DNA of 41,617 nucleotides, from assembly GCA_034658615.1 (NCBI GenBank), contig JAYEFI010000050.1, positions 5,377 to 46,993 on the forward strand, given 5' to 3'. Every line of letters begins with the position of its first letter. Position 1 is the stretch's first letter. Both the position numbers and the translations under genes were made by a program. Shown in pieces: positions 26,371 to 36,188 of this stretch. This DNA is from Campylobacterota bacterium (GTDB lineage Bacteria; Campylobacterota; Campylobacteria; Campylobacterales; Sulfurovaceae). The notes beneath the pieces were generated by a model. The model was not told the origin of the DNA and made no database searches. It saw only the letters and a program-made list of their open reading frames with translations.

Positions 26371-28167
26371 GTGAATTTCTCCATTTTAACTATATTGCCA
26401 GCTTTTGATTACATTGAAAAAGCTAATAACTTAAATTTATCTCAAGAAAGATATTGGCAGTTACTTTTACATATGACTGAAGGTATAAGTGAAATTGATG
26501 ATGAGAAGTTTTTTTTGTCCACAGATGGGAAAAGGAATGCAAAATCAGAATTAGATGCAACTATAGAAGAAATAATCAAAGAAAAATCTCTTAATAATAA
26601 ATCTATATCCTGCCGATTTCCTGCTAGAGTAAGATGGATTAAAAAAATGTTGAAAATAGATTATATATCCAAAGGTTCATGTGAAAAATATAATGCTATT
26701 TTGAATAAACTACAACCAACATCTGCAACAATTGTATTTCCATCTGCTCACATTAATTCACCTGCATCAATGTTTGGACACACATTTTTACGTATAAATT
26801 CTAATTTTAAATCAACATTATTATCTTATGCAATAAATTATGCTGCTGATGTTGATGAAAGTAAAACAAATGGTTTATTTTTTACCTTCCATGGTTTAAC
26901 AGGAGGATATAAAGGATTATATTCAATGTCTCCTTATTATGATAAGCTTAAAGAATACAGAGATTCTGAACAAAGAGATATCTGGGAATATGATTTAGAT
27001 TTAAGTAAAACAGAAATAATAAGAATGTTTGAACATATTTGGGAATTAAATGGTATATATTCAGATTATTATTTTTTTACAGAAAATTGTTCTTATAACT
27101 TACTATGGTTATTAGAAATTGCACGAGATACTATAGATTTAAAACAGTATTTTACTTATCATGTTTCTCCATTAGAAACTTTACATGCAATGCAAGATGA
27201 AAAACTGATTATAAATGAATATTTTAGAGAATCAAAAAGAACAGTATTATTAAAATATGAAAATATTATTGATAAGGAAGATATACATTATGTTTATGAT
27301 GTCATTACTAATAATAAACTAAAAATAGATATCTTCAGAAATGATTTAAAGGTTCAAAAAGAACAAAAACAATATATATTAGAGGCAGGTATTGAATTAT
27401 TAGAATACTATTATATGCAAAGTAGAATTAGCAAAGAATTTTACTTAAAACAATTTCATTTTTTAACATCATTGCGCTCAAAGCTAGGATCTGGGTCAAT
27501 AATAGAGCATATTATTCCACCAAGTCCTTTATTAGCACATAGACAAGCTCGTATCTCTATAGGAGTAGAGCATAAAGAAAATAAAAAAAATTTACTATTA
27601 GGATTCAGACCTGTATATCATGGATTAGAAGATAATAGTCATGGATTGCTGCATGGAACTCAGATTGAGTTTTTAAATAGTTTATTTTTAGTGAATAAAA
27701 ATAAAGTAAAGATAAAAGAATTAACCCTTTTATCTATAGTGTCATTATCGCAAATTTCAGAATTTATCAAGCCTTTCTCTTGGAGAACTTATTTTAAATG
27801 GGATAGAAACTATTTGAACGATAATTTATATTTCAAATCAGGAGTAGGGGCAGGATTTAGTATCAATCATCAGTATGGATATAGTTACTTTATGACGGAT
27901 GTATTTTCATATATACATAATAGTATTACTGGGGGTATTGGAACCTCTGTAGGATTTATCTATGATAAAAGTAAATTTTATAAAACAAATATAGATATTA
28001 CAAAGCAATTTTATACAAATGGATATCATCAAAACCTTTTTAAATTTTCACAAAGTTATTCCGTAACAAATAATCAACAAATAAAATTTAAATATGAATA
28101 TAAAGATAATGATTTAACTTCAGAGCCAGAACATACTTATAATGTATTGTTTAATTATTATTTTTAA
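26371..28167 (+). CDS. DUF4105 (Lnb N-terminal-like) protein with C-terminal beta-barrel
   Basis: CRFPAR, NSPASMFGHTFLR, EQRDIWEY, YYFFTENCS motifs; C-terminal FNYYF; start may lie further upstream. Confidence 0.8.
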   Translation: MNFSILTILPAFDYIEKANNLNLSQERYWQLLLHMTEGISEIDDEKFFLSTDGKRNAKSELDATIEEIIKEKSLNNKSISCRFPARVRWIKKMLKIDYISKGSCEKYNAILNKLQPTSATIVFPSAHINSPASMFGHTFLRINSNFKSTLLSYAINYAADVDESKTNGLFFTFHGLTGGYKGLYSMSPYYDKLKEYRDSEQRDIWEYDLDLSKTEIIRMFEHIWELNGIYSDYYFFTENCSYNLLWLLEIARDTIDLKQYFTYHVSPLETLHAMQDEKLIINEYFRESKRTVLLKYENIIDKEDIHYVYDVITNNKLKIDIFRNDLKVQKEQKQYILEAGIELLEYYYMQSRISKEFYLKQFHFLTSLRSKLGSGSIIEHIIPPSPLLAHRQARISIGVEHKENKKNLLLGFRPVYHGLEDNSHGLLHGTQIEFLNSLFLVNKNKVKIKELTLLSIVSLSQISEFIKPFSWRTYFKWDRNYLNDNLYFKSGVGAGFSINHQYGYSYFMTDVFSYIHNSITGGIGTSVGFIYDKSKFYKTNIDITKQFYTNGYHQNLFKFSQSYSVTNNQQIKFKYEYKDNDLTSEPEHTYNVLFNYYF

Positions 28168-29383
28168 GAAATTGAATAGCCCTGGTGAGTTGAGAATCAT
28201 TTTTTATACTAATGGATGACAAAATATTATTTGAAGTAGATAAGTAATTAGTATGTGAACTTTTGATAGGAATCAGTGTATTTTGATTTAATTTTAAAAG
28301 AATACTTTTAACATAATCATAGGATATAGAGTTTTTATTTTTTATTTTATAATTTTTATTTTTGATGATTATGTTAGGAGTAATACCTATTTTATCTATA
28401 CATAAGCCATTGGCTAAGTAGTATTTTGCAATAGTAAGTTTTAAGGCAGAAACATAATCAATAGGAAATAATGTTTGAACAGATCCTTTTCCAAAACTTT
28501 TTTCTCCTATAACTGTTGCTCTTTTATAGTATTGAAGTGTACCAGCTACTATTTCAGATGCAGATGCTGAACGATGATTAATTAATATGACTAAAGGTGT
28601 GGTAGTATCCCCCCCATCTGTCGCATTGTGTGTTACAGTATACTTACTAAAACGACCTTTTTGTTTTACAATAAACCCTTTATTTAGAAACATATCAATA
28701 TTTGAAATTGCTTCACGTAATATTCCCCCAGGGTTATATCTTAAATCTAAAATAATACCTTGTCTTTTACTGTGAACATGAAGAATTTGTTGAAGTTCTC
28801 TACTTGTTGTAGCATTGTACGTGGGTATATTTATATAAAGTAATGAATTATCGATGAGTTGAAAGAAAATAGGGTTCATGTTGATATATTCTCTTTTAAT
28901 ACTAAAGAGTATAGGTATAGGATTGTTTTTTCTTAGAATAGTTAAATTCAAAAAAGTGCCAACTTTACCTTTTGTAAGGGAAATACATTTTTCTAGACTC
29001 AATCCTAGTGTTGAAGTTCCATTGATTTGTATGATAATATCATTATGTTTTATACCAGCATCCTTAGCAGGTGAATTGAGTATTGTCGAAATAACAGTCA
29101 AGAGTTTATTTTTAATATGCAATGAAATACCTATGCCACCAAATTTACCACTTGTCATAGTTAAAAATTTTTCTAAATCTGTAGAGGTGAGGTATTTGGA
29201 GTGAGAATCAAGATGTTTTAAAATGTCTTTATGAGAGTTTGCATTAAGTATAGTAGAATTTAATTCTTTATAATAATTAGACTGAATAATGTAAGAAATA
29301 GTGTCTTTTTTTGATAGTTGTTTCTGTGAAGCACAACTAGTTAATAGTAATATTGTAATAAAAAGAACTATTTTTTTTAACAT
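28151..29383 (-). CDS. S41 family C-terminal processing protease (CtpA-like lipoprotein)
   Basis: Lipobox LTSC, PDZ GGIGI, ILDLRYNPGG, SASASE, FGKGSVQ. Confidence 0.9.
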   Translation of the reverse strand: MLKKIVLFITILLLTSCASQKQLSKKDTISYIIQSNYYKELNSTILNANSHKDILKHLDSHSKYLTSTDLEKFLTMTSGKFGGIGISLHIKNKLLTVISTILNSPAKDAGIKHNDIIIQINGTSTLGLSLEKCISLTKGKVGTFLNLTILRKNNPIPILFSIKREYINMNPIFFQLIDNSLLYINIPTYNATTSRELQQILHVHSKRQGIILDLRYNPGGILREAISNIDMFLNKGFIVKQKGRFSKYTVTHNATDGGDTTTPLVILINHRSASASEIVAGTLQYYKRATVIGEKSFGKGSVQTLFPIDYVSALKLTIAKYYLANGLCIDKIGITPNIIIKNKNYKIKNKNSISYDYVKSILLKLNQNTLIPIKSSHTNYLSTSNNILSSISIKNDSQLTRAIQFLKNNN

Positions 29384-30745
29384 TTAATCTAACAACCAAG
29401 CGATATATTTCTTCTTTTTAATCTTCGTATTTTTTAGTGCTTTAAACACTTTTTGTGAAACTGTGTAGTCAAGTGCAACATAAGATTTTGTATCGGTAAT
29501 GTTTATTTTGCCTATGAGTTTTCCATCTATGCCTATTTCTTTACATAAAGTACCCAAAATATCTCCTGCACGAAGTTTTGTTTTTTTGCCACCATGTAAG
29601 CATAAGGTATCGTAGTCAGATTGCATTTTGAACTTTGCATCTATGCGTAACGCTTTCATCTCTTTTTTCTTTGCTTTAGAGAGGACATAGGCACATTTTT
29701 CGGAGTCCTTGGGGGTAAATAAGGACAAGGCAGTTCCTGAGGCATCAGCACGTCCTGTACGTCCTATGCGGTGGGTGTAGACTTCTGGATCAAAAGGTAA
29801 GTCATAGTTGATGACAAGTTCTATGTTTTTAATGTCTAACCCACGTGAGGCAACATCGGTAGCTACCAATATACGCTTAGAACCATTGGAAAAAGCAATA
29901 ACCGATTCATTTCTATCTCTTTGATCTAAGTCACCATGTATGTCTATGACTGAGTGACCATGTCCTGCCAAGGTATCTGTGAGTGAAATGACCTCTACCT
30001 TGGTGTTACAAAAGATAAGTAGAGACTCTGGCTTATAAGACTGTATGAGTGCTGTGAGTGTTTTGAGTTTATCTGTAGTTTCATAGACCAATTCATTGAT
30101 TTTGGCAGACTCTATAATGGTGTCTACTTTCACAGTAATGGGTTGATTGAGTAGTGCTCTGGCTAGTTTTTCTATGTTATCTGGAAAAGTGGCAGAAAAA
30201 AGCAATGTTTGTTTTCCTCGTGGCATATTAGAGCCTATCTTTACTATCTCATCATAAAAACCCATGTCTAGCATACGATCAGCTTCATCTAGTACAAGTG
30301 TTTTAATACTATCTAAGGTTAGAGTTTCTTTAGCTAGGTGATCTTGTATACGTCCAGGTGTGCCTATGAGTATATGTGCACCTTTTGCAAGTGACTCTGC
30401 TTGTGCTCGCAAAGGGACACCCCCATAGAGCGTAAGTATTTTTAAGTTTGCTTTGTAGCTTGCTACTTTTCTAAGTTCAACAGCTATCTGGTCTGCAAGT
30501 TCTCTGGTGGGAGTGATGATAATGGTTTGTGGTTTGTAGTCATTTGTATTGGTATTCATGATGCAAGGTAGACCAAAAGCCAGAGTTTTACCCGAACCAG
30601 TTTTAGATTGTGCAAGTATATCTGCACCGTCCAATATAGGATTTATAGATTTTTCTTGTATCTCAGACATAGTGGTAAACCCAAGACCTTCAATGGTTTT
30701 TAGTAGTGCCTCAGGAATGTCTTGTATGGTGTTAAATTGTGCCAC
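29384..30745 (-). CDS. dbpA: ATP-dependent RNA helicase DbpA
   Basis: TGSGKT, PTRELA, DEAD, SAT, HRIGRTGR and C-terminal GGKKTKLRAGDILG DbpA domain. Confidence 0.93.
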   Translation of the reverse strand: MAQFNTIQDIPEALLKTIEGLGFTTMSEIQEKSINPILDGADILAQSKTGSGKTLAFGLPCIMNTNTNDYKPQTIIITPTRELADQIAVELRKVASYKANLKILTLYGGVPLRAQAESLAKGAHILIGTPGRIQDHLAKETLTLDSIKTLVLDEADRMLDMGFYDEIVKIGSNMPRGKQTLLFSATFPDNIEKLARALLNQPITVKVDTIIESAKINELVYETTDKLKTLTALIQSYKPESLLIFCNTKVEVISLTDTLAGHGHSVIDIHGDLDQRDRNESVIAFSNGSKRILVATDVASRGLDIKNIELVINYDLPFDPEVYTHRIGRTGRADASGTALSLFTPKDSEKCAYVLSKAKKKEMKALRIDAKFKMQSDYDTLCLHGGKKTKLRAGDILGTLCKEIGIDGKLIGKINITDTKSYVALDYTVSQKVFKALKNTKIKKKKYIAWLLD

Positions 30746-31569
30746 TATCTTACCTCAAATGTTGCATCTTCTATGAGAACTTTATAGAAGTATCCGTAAC
30801 CAAAATCTTTGTCTACAATGACTTTACCTTTTGCAAGGACTTTATCTCCAGACTTTACATTGGTAGAGACTGCGGTAAATATGAGATCGTTGGTTAGTAA
30901 TTGTTCTTGACCTGAACCATCATTTAAGTGTACCCAATCACGTTTCATAATTGCATGAGATACTTTCGTAACTGTAGCTTCTATGCTAATGATTTGATTT
31001 GCTAACTCTTTTCTCCACATATGAATCTCTTCAATACTATAGGACTCTTTTTTTATAAAAGGTATTTGGGTAAAAGATTTTTTTGAAACTTCTGTTTTTG
31101 GTGTTGCTAGGTTTTTTTTGTTTGCATTTTCATGAGAGGTCTTTTGTGTACTAAGCCCTAACATATCTTTCATGCTTTGTGGTGCAGATGGTTTTTTGGG
31201 TATGTAGACATCTGACACAAAGTAAATTTCTTTAAAGGTTTGATTTAAAGTCTTACTTTGGAAGTTGGTCATCATAGTTTGTTTATCGTAGCCTATTTTG
31301 TCACCTATGGCTACAGGTGCATTGGCAATGGCTATCCAAATTTCTGTCCCTGCCTCATCTATTTTCAAGTAGTTATACCCCATTGCAGGTTTTATCTCTA
31401 TAATTTTTCCATAAAATATTTCTTTTTCTTTCTTTTTCGTTGCTTCTTTTGTGCCAAGTAGAGAAGGTGTTTTGGCTTCTTTTCCTCCATGCATATCTAT
31501 CTGTACAGATTGTTCTGCATAGAGAGTGTTGCTAAGTAATGCGATAAGTGTAAGCTTGAAGAGTGTCAT
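30745..31569 (-). CDS. Exported tandem OB-fold protein (NrfJ-like N-terminal domain)
   Basis: Signal peptide; GYNYLKI...EIWIA...MTNFQSKTLNQTFKEIYF and IMKRDWVHLNDGSG...DKDFGYGYFY. Confidence 0.6.
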   Translation of the reverse strand: MTLFKLTLIALLSNTLYAEQSVQIDMHGGKEAKTPSLLGTKEATKKKEKEIFYGKIIEIKPAMGYNYLKIDEAGTEIWIAIANAPVAIGDKIGYDKQTMMTNFQSKTLNQTFKEIYFVSDVYIPKKPSAPQSMKDMLGLSTQKTSHENANKKNLATPKTEVSKKSFTQIPFIKKESYSIEEIHMWRKELANQIISIEATVTKVSHAIMKRDWVHLNDGSGQEQLLTNDLIFTAVSTNVKSGDKVLAKGKVIVDKDFGYGYFYKVLIEDATFEVR

Positions 31570-31624
31570 GCGTATGCCCTATAATTTTTTATCTATTATA
31601 GGGAAAGAAGTTTAAAAGTGAGGC

Positions 31625-31849
31625 TTAGGCTTTAGATTTTTTATAGTCCATAATCATTTTGTAGGCTTCATCTTTTAAAAGAAGCTTCTCTTTTTTAAGG
31701 TTTTCCAATTCCATATCTGTCATAGGCGTATCTCCCATTTCAGCATGTTCAACTTTTTTGTCTAAGGCATTGTGCTTTTCAAAGATATTTGCAAAATGTG
31801 CATTTTCTTGTTTAAGGTCGTGTATTTCATCTCTGTATTCATGTAACAT
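31625..31849 (-). CDS. DUF465/YdcH family small protein
   Basis: MLHEYRDEI..LK..NAHF..IFEKHNALD, LKKEKLLLKDE. Confidence 0.85.
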   Translation of the reverse strand: MLHEYRDEIHDLKQENAHFANIFEKHNALDKKVEHAEMGDTPMTDMELENLKKEKLLLKDEAYKMIMDYKKSKA

Positions 31850-31907
31850 GTTTATCCTTTGGGTTTATATGCTCAATTATAACGTTTATAAGGTTTAATG
31901 CTATTGA

Positions 31908-33119
31908 TTAGGTTCTATATTCTGCATTTATTTTGACATATTCATAGCTTAGATCACATCCATAAGAAGTATAGGTTTTATCTCCCAATCCAATGTCACA
32001 GGTGACGCTAAACTGCTCTTGTTTCATAATGACATAGGCTTTGTCTTCACGGGTCTTGTCAAGCTCTCTAAACGCACTAGAGTAGATAAGTAAATCATCA
32101 TAATGAATGGTCAATGTTTCGTCATCACATATCACACCAGATGCACCAATAGTAGAGGCAATACGTCCCCAATTTGGGTCTTCTCCAAAGAGGGCAGTTT
32201 TTACCAATAGTGAGTTGCTAAGAGCCATGGAAGCTTTTTTGGCATCTTCTTGGGAGACTGCACCTTTGACTTTAAATGCCACAAGTTTATTGGCACCTTC
32301 GCCATCTTTGAGTATCATCATGGCTAGTTCAAACATGATTTTGTTTAGTGTTTGAGCAAAAGCTTCTTTGTTATAATGTCCTGAAGCTTTATTGGCAAGT
32401 AACATGACAGTGTCATTGGTAGAAGTGTCACCATCTACAGAAATACGGTTAAAAGATTGTTCAGTAGAGGCAAGAAGTAATGTATCCATATCATCTTTTG
32501 GTATGTCAGCATCTGTGGCCACAAAGCAAAGCATGGTTGCCATGGCAGGGTTTATCATACCTGCACCTTTGCAAATGGCTGCAATGTTAAAAGAGCTCCC
32601 ATCTTCTAACACCACCTTATATGCCAGCTCTTTTTTAAAGGAGTCTGTAGTCATAATGGCACGTGCGGCATGGTGAGAATTGTGTCCATTAAAATCTAAC
32701 ACATCAAAGGCTGAAGTAATTTTTTCTATAGGTAAACGGTACCCAATAACACCTGTAGAAGACATCACAGGATTGAGAACATTTTGTTTTTTACTGAGGT
32801 GGGAAAAGATAGTTTCTATATCTTCTATGCCTTTTTTTCCAGTCATGGCATTGGCATTTTTAGCATTTATGAGGACAAAGTTTGTTTGAAACCCTTTGGG
32901 GTATTTTTGGTAGTGTTTTATAGGTGCTGCTTGAAAAGTGTTCGATGTAAAAACAGAAGCAATGTCACAAGGTATTTCACTGCGTATAAACGCTACATCT
33001 CCATCTATATCTGACACACCAGAATTTGCAGGGTTTGTACGCATACCAACATTGGTAGCCCCAGAGTAAAAGCCTTGTACGGTATTAAGACCATTTTCTA
33101 TTTCGTGTATGTTAAACAA
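31908..33119 (-). CDS. argJ: Ornithine acetyltransferase / N-acetylglutamate synthase
   Basis: NANAMTG, STGVIG, KGAGMINPAMATML, VDGDTSTND, DGEGA, PNWGRI, YVKINAEYRT. Confidence 0.96.
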   Translation of the reverse strand: MFNIHEIENGLNTVQGFYSGATNVGMRTNPANSGVSDIDGDVAFIRSEIPCDIASVFTSNTFQAAPIKHYQKYPKGFQTNFVLINAKNANAMTGKKGIEDIETIFSHLSKKQNVLNPVMSSTGVIGYRLPIEKITSAFDVLDFNGHNSHHAARAIMTTDSFKKELAYKVVLEDGSSFNIAAICKGAGMINPAMATMLCFVATDADIPKDDMDTLLLASTEQSFNRISVDGDTSTNDTVMLLANKASGHYNKEAFAQTLNKIMFELAMMILKDGEGANKLVAFKVKGAVSQEDAKKASMALSNSLLVKTALFGEDPNWGRIASTIGASGVICDDETLTIHYDDLLIYSSAFRELDKTREDKAYVIMKQEQFSVTCDIGLGDKTYTSYGCDLSYEYVKINAEYRT

Positions 33120-33128
33120 TTTTTATCC

Positions 33129-34259
33129 TTATATAAACTTCAACTCTTCAGGTTTTTCTTTTTTACGTATAATCTTTTTTGCTTTTCTAATACCTTCACT
33201 TGTCCCAATAAGTAAAAGTTTTGATTCAGGCATGATGAGTGTTTCACCATTGGGCATAGGTATAAATTTACCATCTTTTTGACGTATGCCAATAATAGTT
33301 ACATTGGCAACATCTCTAAAGCGGGCTACTTTTATTTTTTTGAGTACAAGCCAAGAACTTTTTGAAACTTTTGCTTCTTCCATGTCCAAAGGTGTATCTT
33401 GCTTATATAAAAATTCTTCCAAAAGATTTTCCATATCTGGCCGTGCAGCCATAGCGTTGATACGCCTTGCCATCAATTTAGTCGCAGTAACTACCTTGTT
33501 TGCACCTAGTTTAAGAAGCTTTTCATCATCTTTATTACTTTGTGCATTGGCAATAATGAGAAAGGGTCTTGTGCGTTTTATTTCACGTTCATAGAGTCGT
33601 ACAGAAGCAATAGTTGCAATGTTGTCAGCAATGTTGTCAGCTAAAGTAATGACACCTTTAGCTGACGAAAGGTGTGACTTTAAAGTCCCTTCTTCGGTAT
33701 GTGCTTCTGCTGTAACAAAGTAGGGGTATTTGTATTTTTTTGCTATCTCTTCCATGTCTTCACGGGGGTCAACTACCACAAATGGAATGTGATTTTCGCG
33801 AAGTTGTTTAGTAACTTGAATGGTAAATTCATTATGGTAACACACAACAAAGTGCTGTTTTAATCTTGCAATTTCGTAAAGCATTTTACGCTCCTTGGCT
33901 GTTTTTTGAAATTCACCTTTTTTGACGACTTCTGCAATAATACCCACAGCAATCGAGAAGACAACAAATCCAAAAATAATGAGTGTAATGGTAAAAATGC
34001 GACCCATGTCAGAAAGAGGGTGTTGCTCTCCAAAACCTACAGTTGTAAATGTAATCCCTGTTTGGTAGATGGCATCCATTAAAGGATACTTCTCTATAAT
34101 CATGTATCCCATGGTACCCAATAACATTATAAGCACTGTAAGTATAAGTGGGAGTCTAAAAGGGGCTAAATGTCCATAATATTCGTCATTTAGGGTTATG
34201 TGGGGTTTTGGATTGTCTTTCCATCCGAAAAAACGTTTTAATTTCTTGGTAAACTTCAT
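33129..34259 (-). CDS. Potassium channel with TrkA-N/TrkA-C (RCK) domains
   Basis: Selectivity filter TTVGFG between two TMs, followed by RCK domains. Confidence 0.9.
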   Translation of the reverse strand: MKFTKKLKRFFGWKDNPKPHITLNDEYYGHLAPFRLPLILTVLIMLLGTMGYMIIEKYPLMDAIYQTGITFTTVGFGEQHPLSDMGRIFTITLIIFGFVVFSIAVGIIAEVVKKGEFQKTAKERKMLYEIARLKQHFVVCYHNEFTIQVTKQLRENHIPFVVVDPREDMEEIAKKYKYPYFVTAEAHTEEGTLKSHLSSAKGVITLADNIADNIATIASVRLYEREIKRTRPFLIIANAQSNKDDEKLLKLGANKVVTATKLMARRINAMAARPDMENLLEEFLYKQDTPLDMEEAKVSKSSWLVLKKIKVARFRDVANVTIIGIRQKDGKFIPMPNGETLIMPESKLLLIGTSEGIRKAKKIIRKKEKPEELKFI

Positions 34260-34337
34260 GATAAGAGAGTATATCTTCTCTTATCTTAAAAGGTTTAGTA
34301 AACTGTGTGCTAACAAACTGGGTTTATTTTCAGAATG

Positions 34338-34547
34338 TTAGTTAGTTGCTGCCTCTTTGGCTGCTTTTTTCTTCATGGTTCTAAGTGTTGAAGCTGCTAC
34401 TTTTACTCTTTTAGTTGTTCCATCTTCTAGTGTAATCTTTACAGATCTTAAGTTTGGAAGTTGTCTTCTTTTTGTTTTGTTGTTTGCGTGAGAAACATTG
34501 TTTCCTGTGAGTGGCCCTTTGCCAGTGATTGCACATCTTCTTGCCAT
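34338..34547 (-). CDS. rpmB: 50S ribosomal protein L28
   Basis: [33 protein letters not shown]. Confidence 0.98.
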   Translation of the reverse strand: MARRCAITGKGPLTGNNVSHANNKTKRRQLPNLRSVKITLEDGTTKRVKVAASTLRTMKKKAAKEAATN

Positions 34548-34685
34548 AATATGTCCTTCATAAGTAATACCATTATTTTCAATGGTGAATATTTTGTGGG
34601 ATTATAGGGGATTTTTGTATAGAATTGGCTTAAGATATGTTCAACTTGTATATATGATTTATTTGTAGTGCCTTTTACTTCAACG

Positions 34686-34811
34686 TGTGGCGTTGTTTTC
34701 TCTTCATTTTTTTTAGAAAAAAACGAAGCAAAAAAATCGTCTCTACTCTCAAATCGCTTTGCTTACAAGGGTGTTCGTAGAGACAATAAGCACGCAAGCG
34801 TGATTTGATGG
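34686..34811. repeat. Structured intergenic repeat element, copy 2
   Basis: Homologous to 196..316; stems CTTC.TTTTTTT/AAAAAAA.GAAG, GTCTCTAC/GTAGAGAC, CACGC/GCGTG. Confidence 0.85.
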
Positions 34812-34843
34812 AAGTTACTGCGTGAGCTTTATTAGGTGGGGTG

Positions 34844-34852
34844 TGTTATAAT
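34844..34852 (+). promoter_or_regulatory. Extended -10 promoter of rpe
   Basis: TGTTATAAT 28 bp before the ATG. Confidence 0.6.
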
Positions 34853-34879
34853 TATTAAAATAATTATTCTAGGAATAGT

Positions 34880-35521
34880 ATGCAAGTAGCACCAAGTATT
34901 TTATCGGCAGATTTTGGACATTTGGCTCGTGATGTTGAAGCCATTTGTGAGGGCGAGTGTGATTTTGTGCATGTAGATGTGATGGATGGGCATTTTGTCC
35001 CTAATCTTACTATTGGTCCAGTGGTAGTGAGTGCTGTAGCAAAAGCAGCAAGCAAACCTTTAGATATTCACCTTATGGTTGAAAATAACACTTTTTTTGT
35101 AGACCTTTTTGCACCTTTAAATCCTGAGTTCATCTCTTTTCATATAGAAGAAGAGAAGCACCCTCATAGGCTTATACAAAAGATACGTGCTTTAGGTATA
35201 CGCCCAGCGATTGTTCTTAACCCACATACCACACCAGAGTCTATAGAGTTTTTACTTGAAGATATAGATATGGTTCTTCTTATGTCTGTTAATCCAGGTT
35301 TTGGTGGGCAAAAGTTTATTACATCTGTGGTTGAGAAAGCAAAAAGGTTAAAGTCTCTCATTGAGAAGAGAAATCCAAAATGTCTCATTGAAGTAGATGG
35401 TGGCGTTAGCGATAAAAATATAGATTTGTTAAAAGAGGCAGGTGTAGATGTGGTTGTGGCAGGTTCATTTGTCTATAAGCATCCAAAAGGCATTAAAATA
35501 GCGATTGATGCGTTAAAATAA
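34880..35521 (+). CDS. rpe: Ribulose-phosphate 3-epimerase
   Basis: APSILSADF, HVDVMDGHFVPN, MSVNPGFGGQ, EVDGG. Confidence 0.97.
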   Translation: MQVAPSILSADFGHLARDVEAICEGECDFVHVDVMDGHFVPNLTIGPVVVSAVAKAASKPLDIHLMVENNTFFVDLFAPLNPEFISFHIEEEKHPHRLIQKIRALGIRPAIVLNPHTTPESIEFLLEDIDMVLLMSVNPGFGGQKFITSVVEKAKRLKSLIEKRNPKCLIEVDGGVSDKNIDLLKEAGVDVVVAGSFVYKHPKGIKIAIDALK

Positions 35522-35522
35522 T

Positions 35523-35588
35523 GTAGGGTATTGTCCCCCGACAACAACAAATAAAATACAAAGAGTGTTGTGCCTCACAGCATTCTAC
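35523..35588. repeat. GTAG-type REP-like inverted doublet
   Basis: GTAG-GGTATTGTC-CCCC-GACAA and, on the opposite strand, GTAG-AATGCTGTG-AGG-CACAACA. Confidence 0.6.
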
Positions 35589-35597
35589 GGAGAAATC

Positions 35598-36188
35598 ATG
35601 CGAGTCAAGATATGTGGAATTACCAATTTACAAGACGCTTTACATGCAGTTGAATGTGGTGCAGATGCATTAGGGTTTGTGTTTTATCCTAAGTCTCCAC
35701 GGTACATAACGCCTGAGAAGGCTAAGCATATTATAGATGGACTTCCTCCTTTTGTAGAAAGAGTAGGATTGTTTGTGAATGAAAGTGTAGAACACATTGA
35801 TAAAATATGCCAAGAGTGTAATATTTCACGTGCTCAAATACATTTTGATGTCGATGAAGCATTTATAGAGACCATAGGATTAGCAACATTACCTGTAGTG
35901 CGTGCTAAGTCTGCTCAAGACGTACATAGGTTTGAAGATAGATACCGTTTGGTTGATGCTTTTAGCGAGGCATATGGAGGAACAGGAAAACGTTTAAACC
36001 TTGAATGGTTTGAAGGTGTCGACTGTTCCAAAATTATTTTAGCAGGTGGACTTAGCGAGCAAAATGTTTCAGAAGTGAAAGCATTTGGATTTTATGGTGT
36101 AGATGTAAGTTCAGGTGTAGAGTTGACAAAAGGTCAAAAAGATGCCCATAAAGTAAAGCAGTTTATAGACAATGCAAAAAGTTTTTGA
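35598..36188 (+). CDS. trpF: Phosphoribosylanthranilate isomerase
   Basis: MRVKICGIT, GFVFYPKSPR, GGTG, ILAGGL, GVDVSSGVE; start moved to ATG 35598 (GGAG RBS) from the ORF-track start 35565. Confidence 0.95.
   Translation: MRVKICGITNLQDALHAVECGADALGFVFYPKSPRYITPEKAKHIIDGLPPFVERVGLFVNESVEHIDKICQECNISRAQIHFDVDEAFIETIGLATLPVVRAKSAQDVHRFEDRYRLVDAFSEAYGGTGKRLNLEWFEGVDCSKIILAGGLSEQNVSEVKAFGFYGVDVSSGVELTKGQKDAHKVKQFIDNAKSF

Noticed and set aside
35565-35597. N-terminal extension of TrpF in the ORF track
   Set aside because: Falls within the REP-like unit; family consensus begins at MRVKICG with an RBS before 35598
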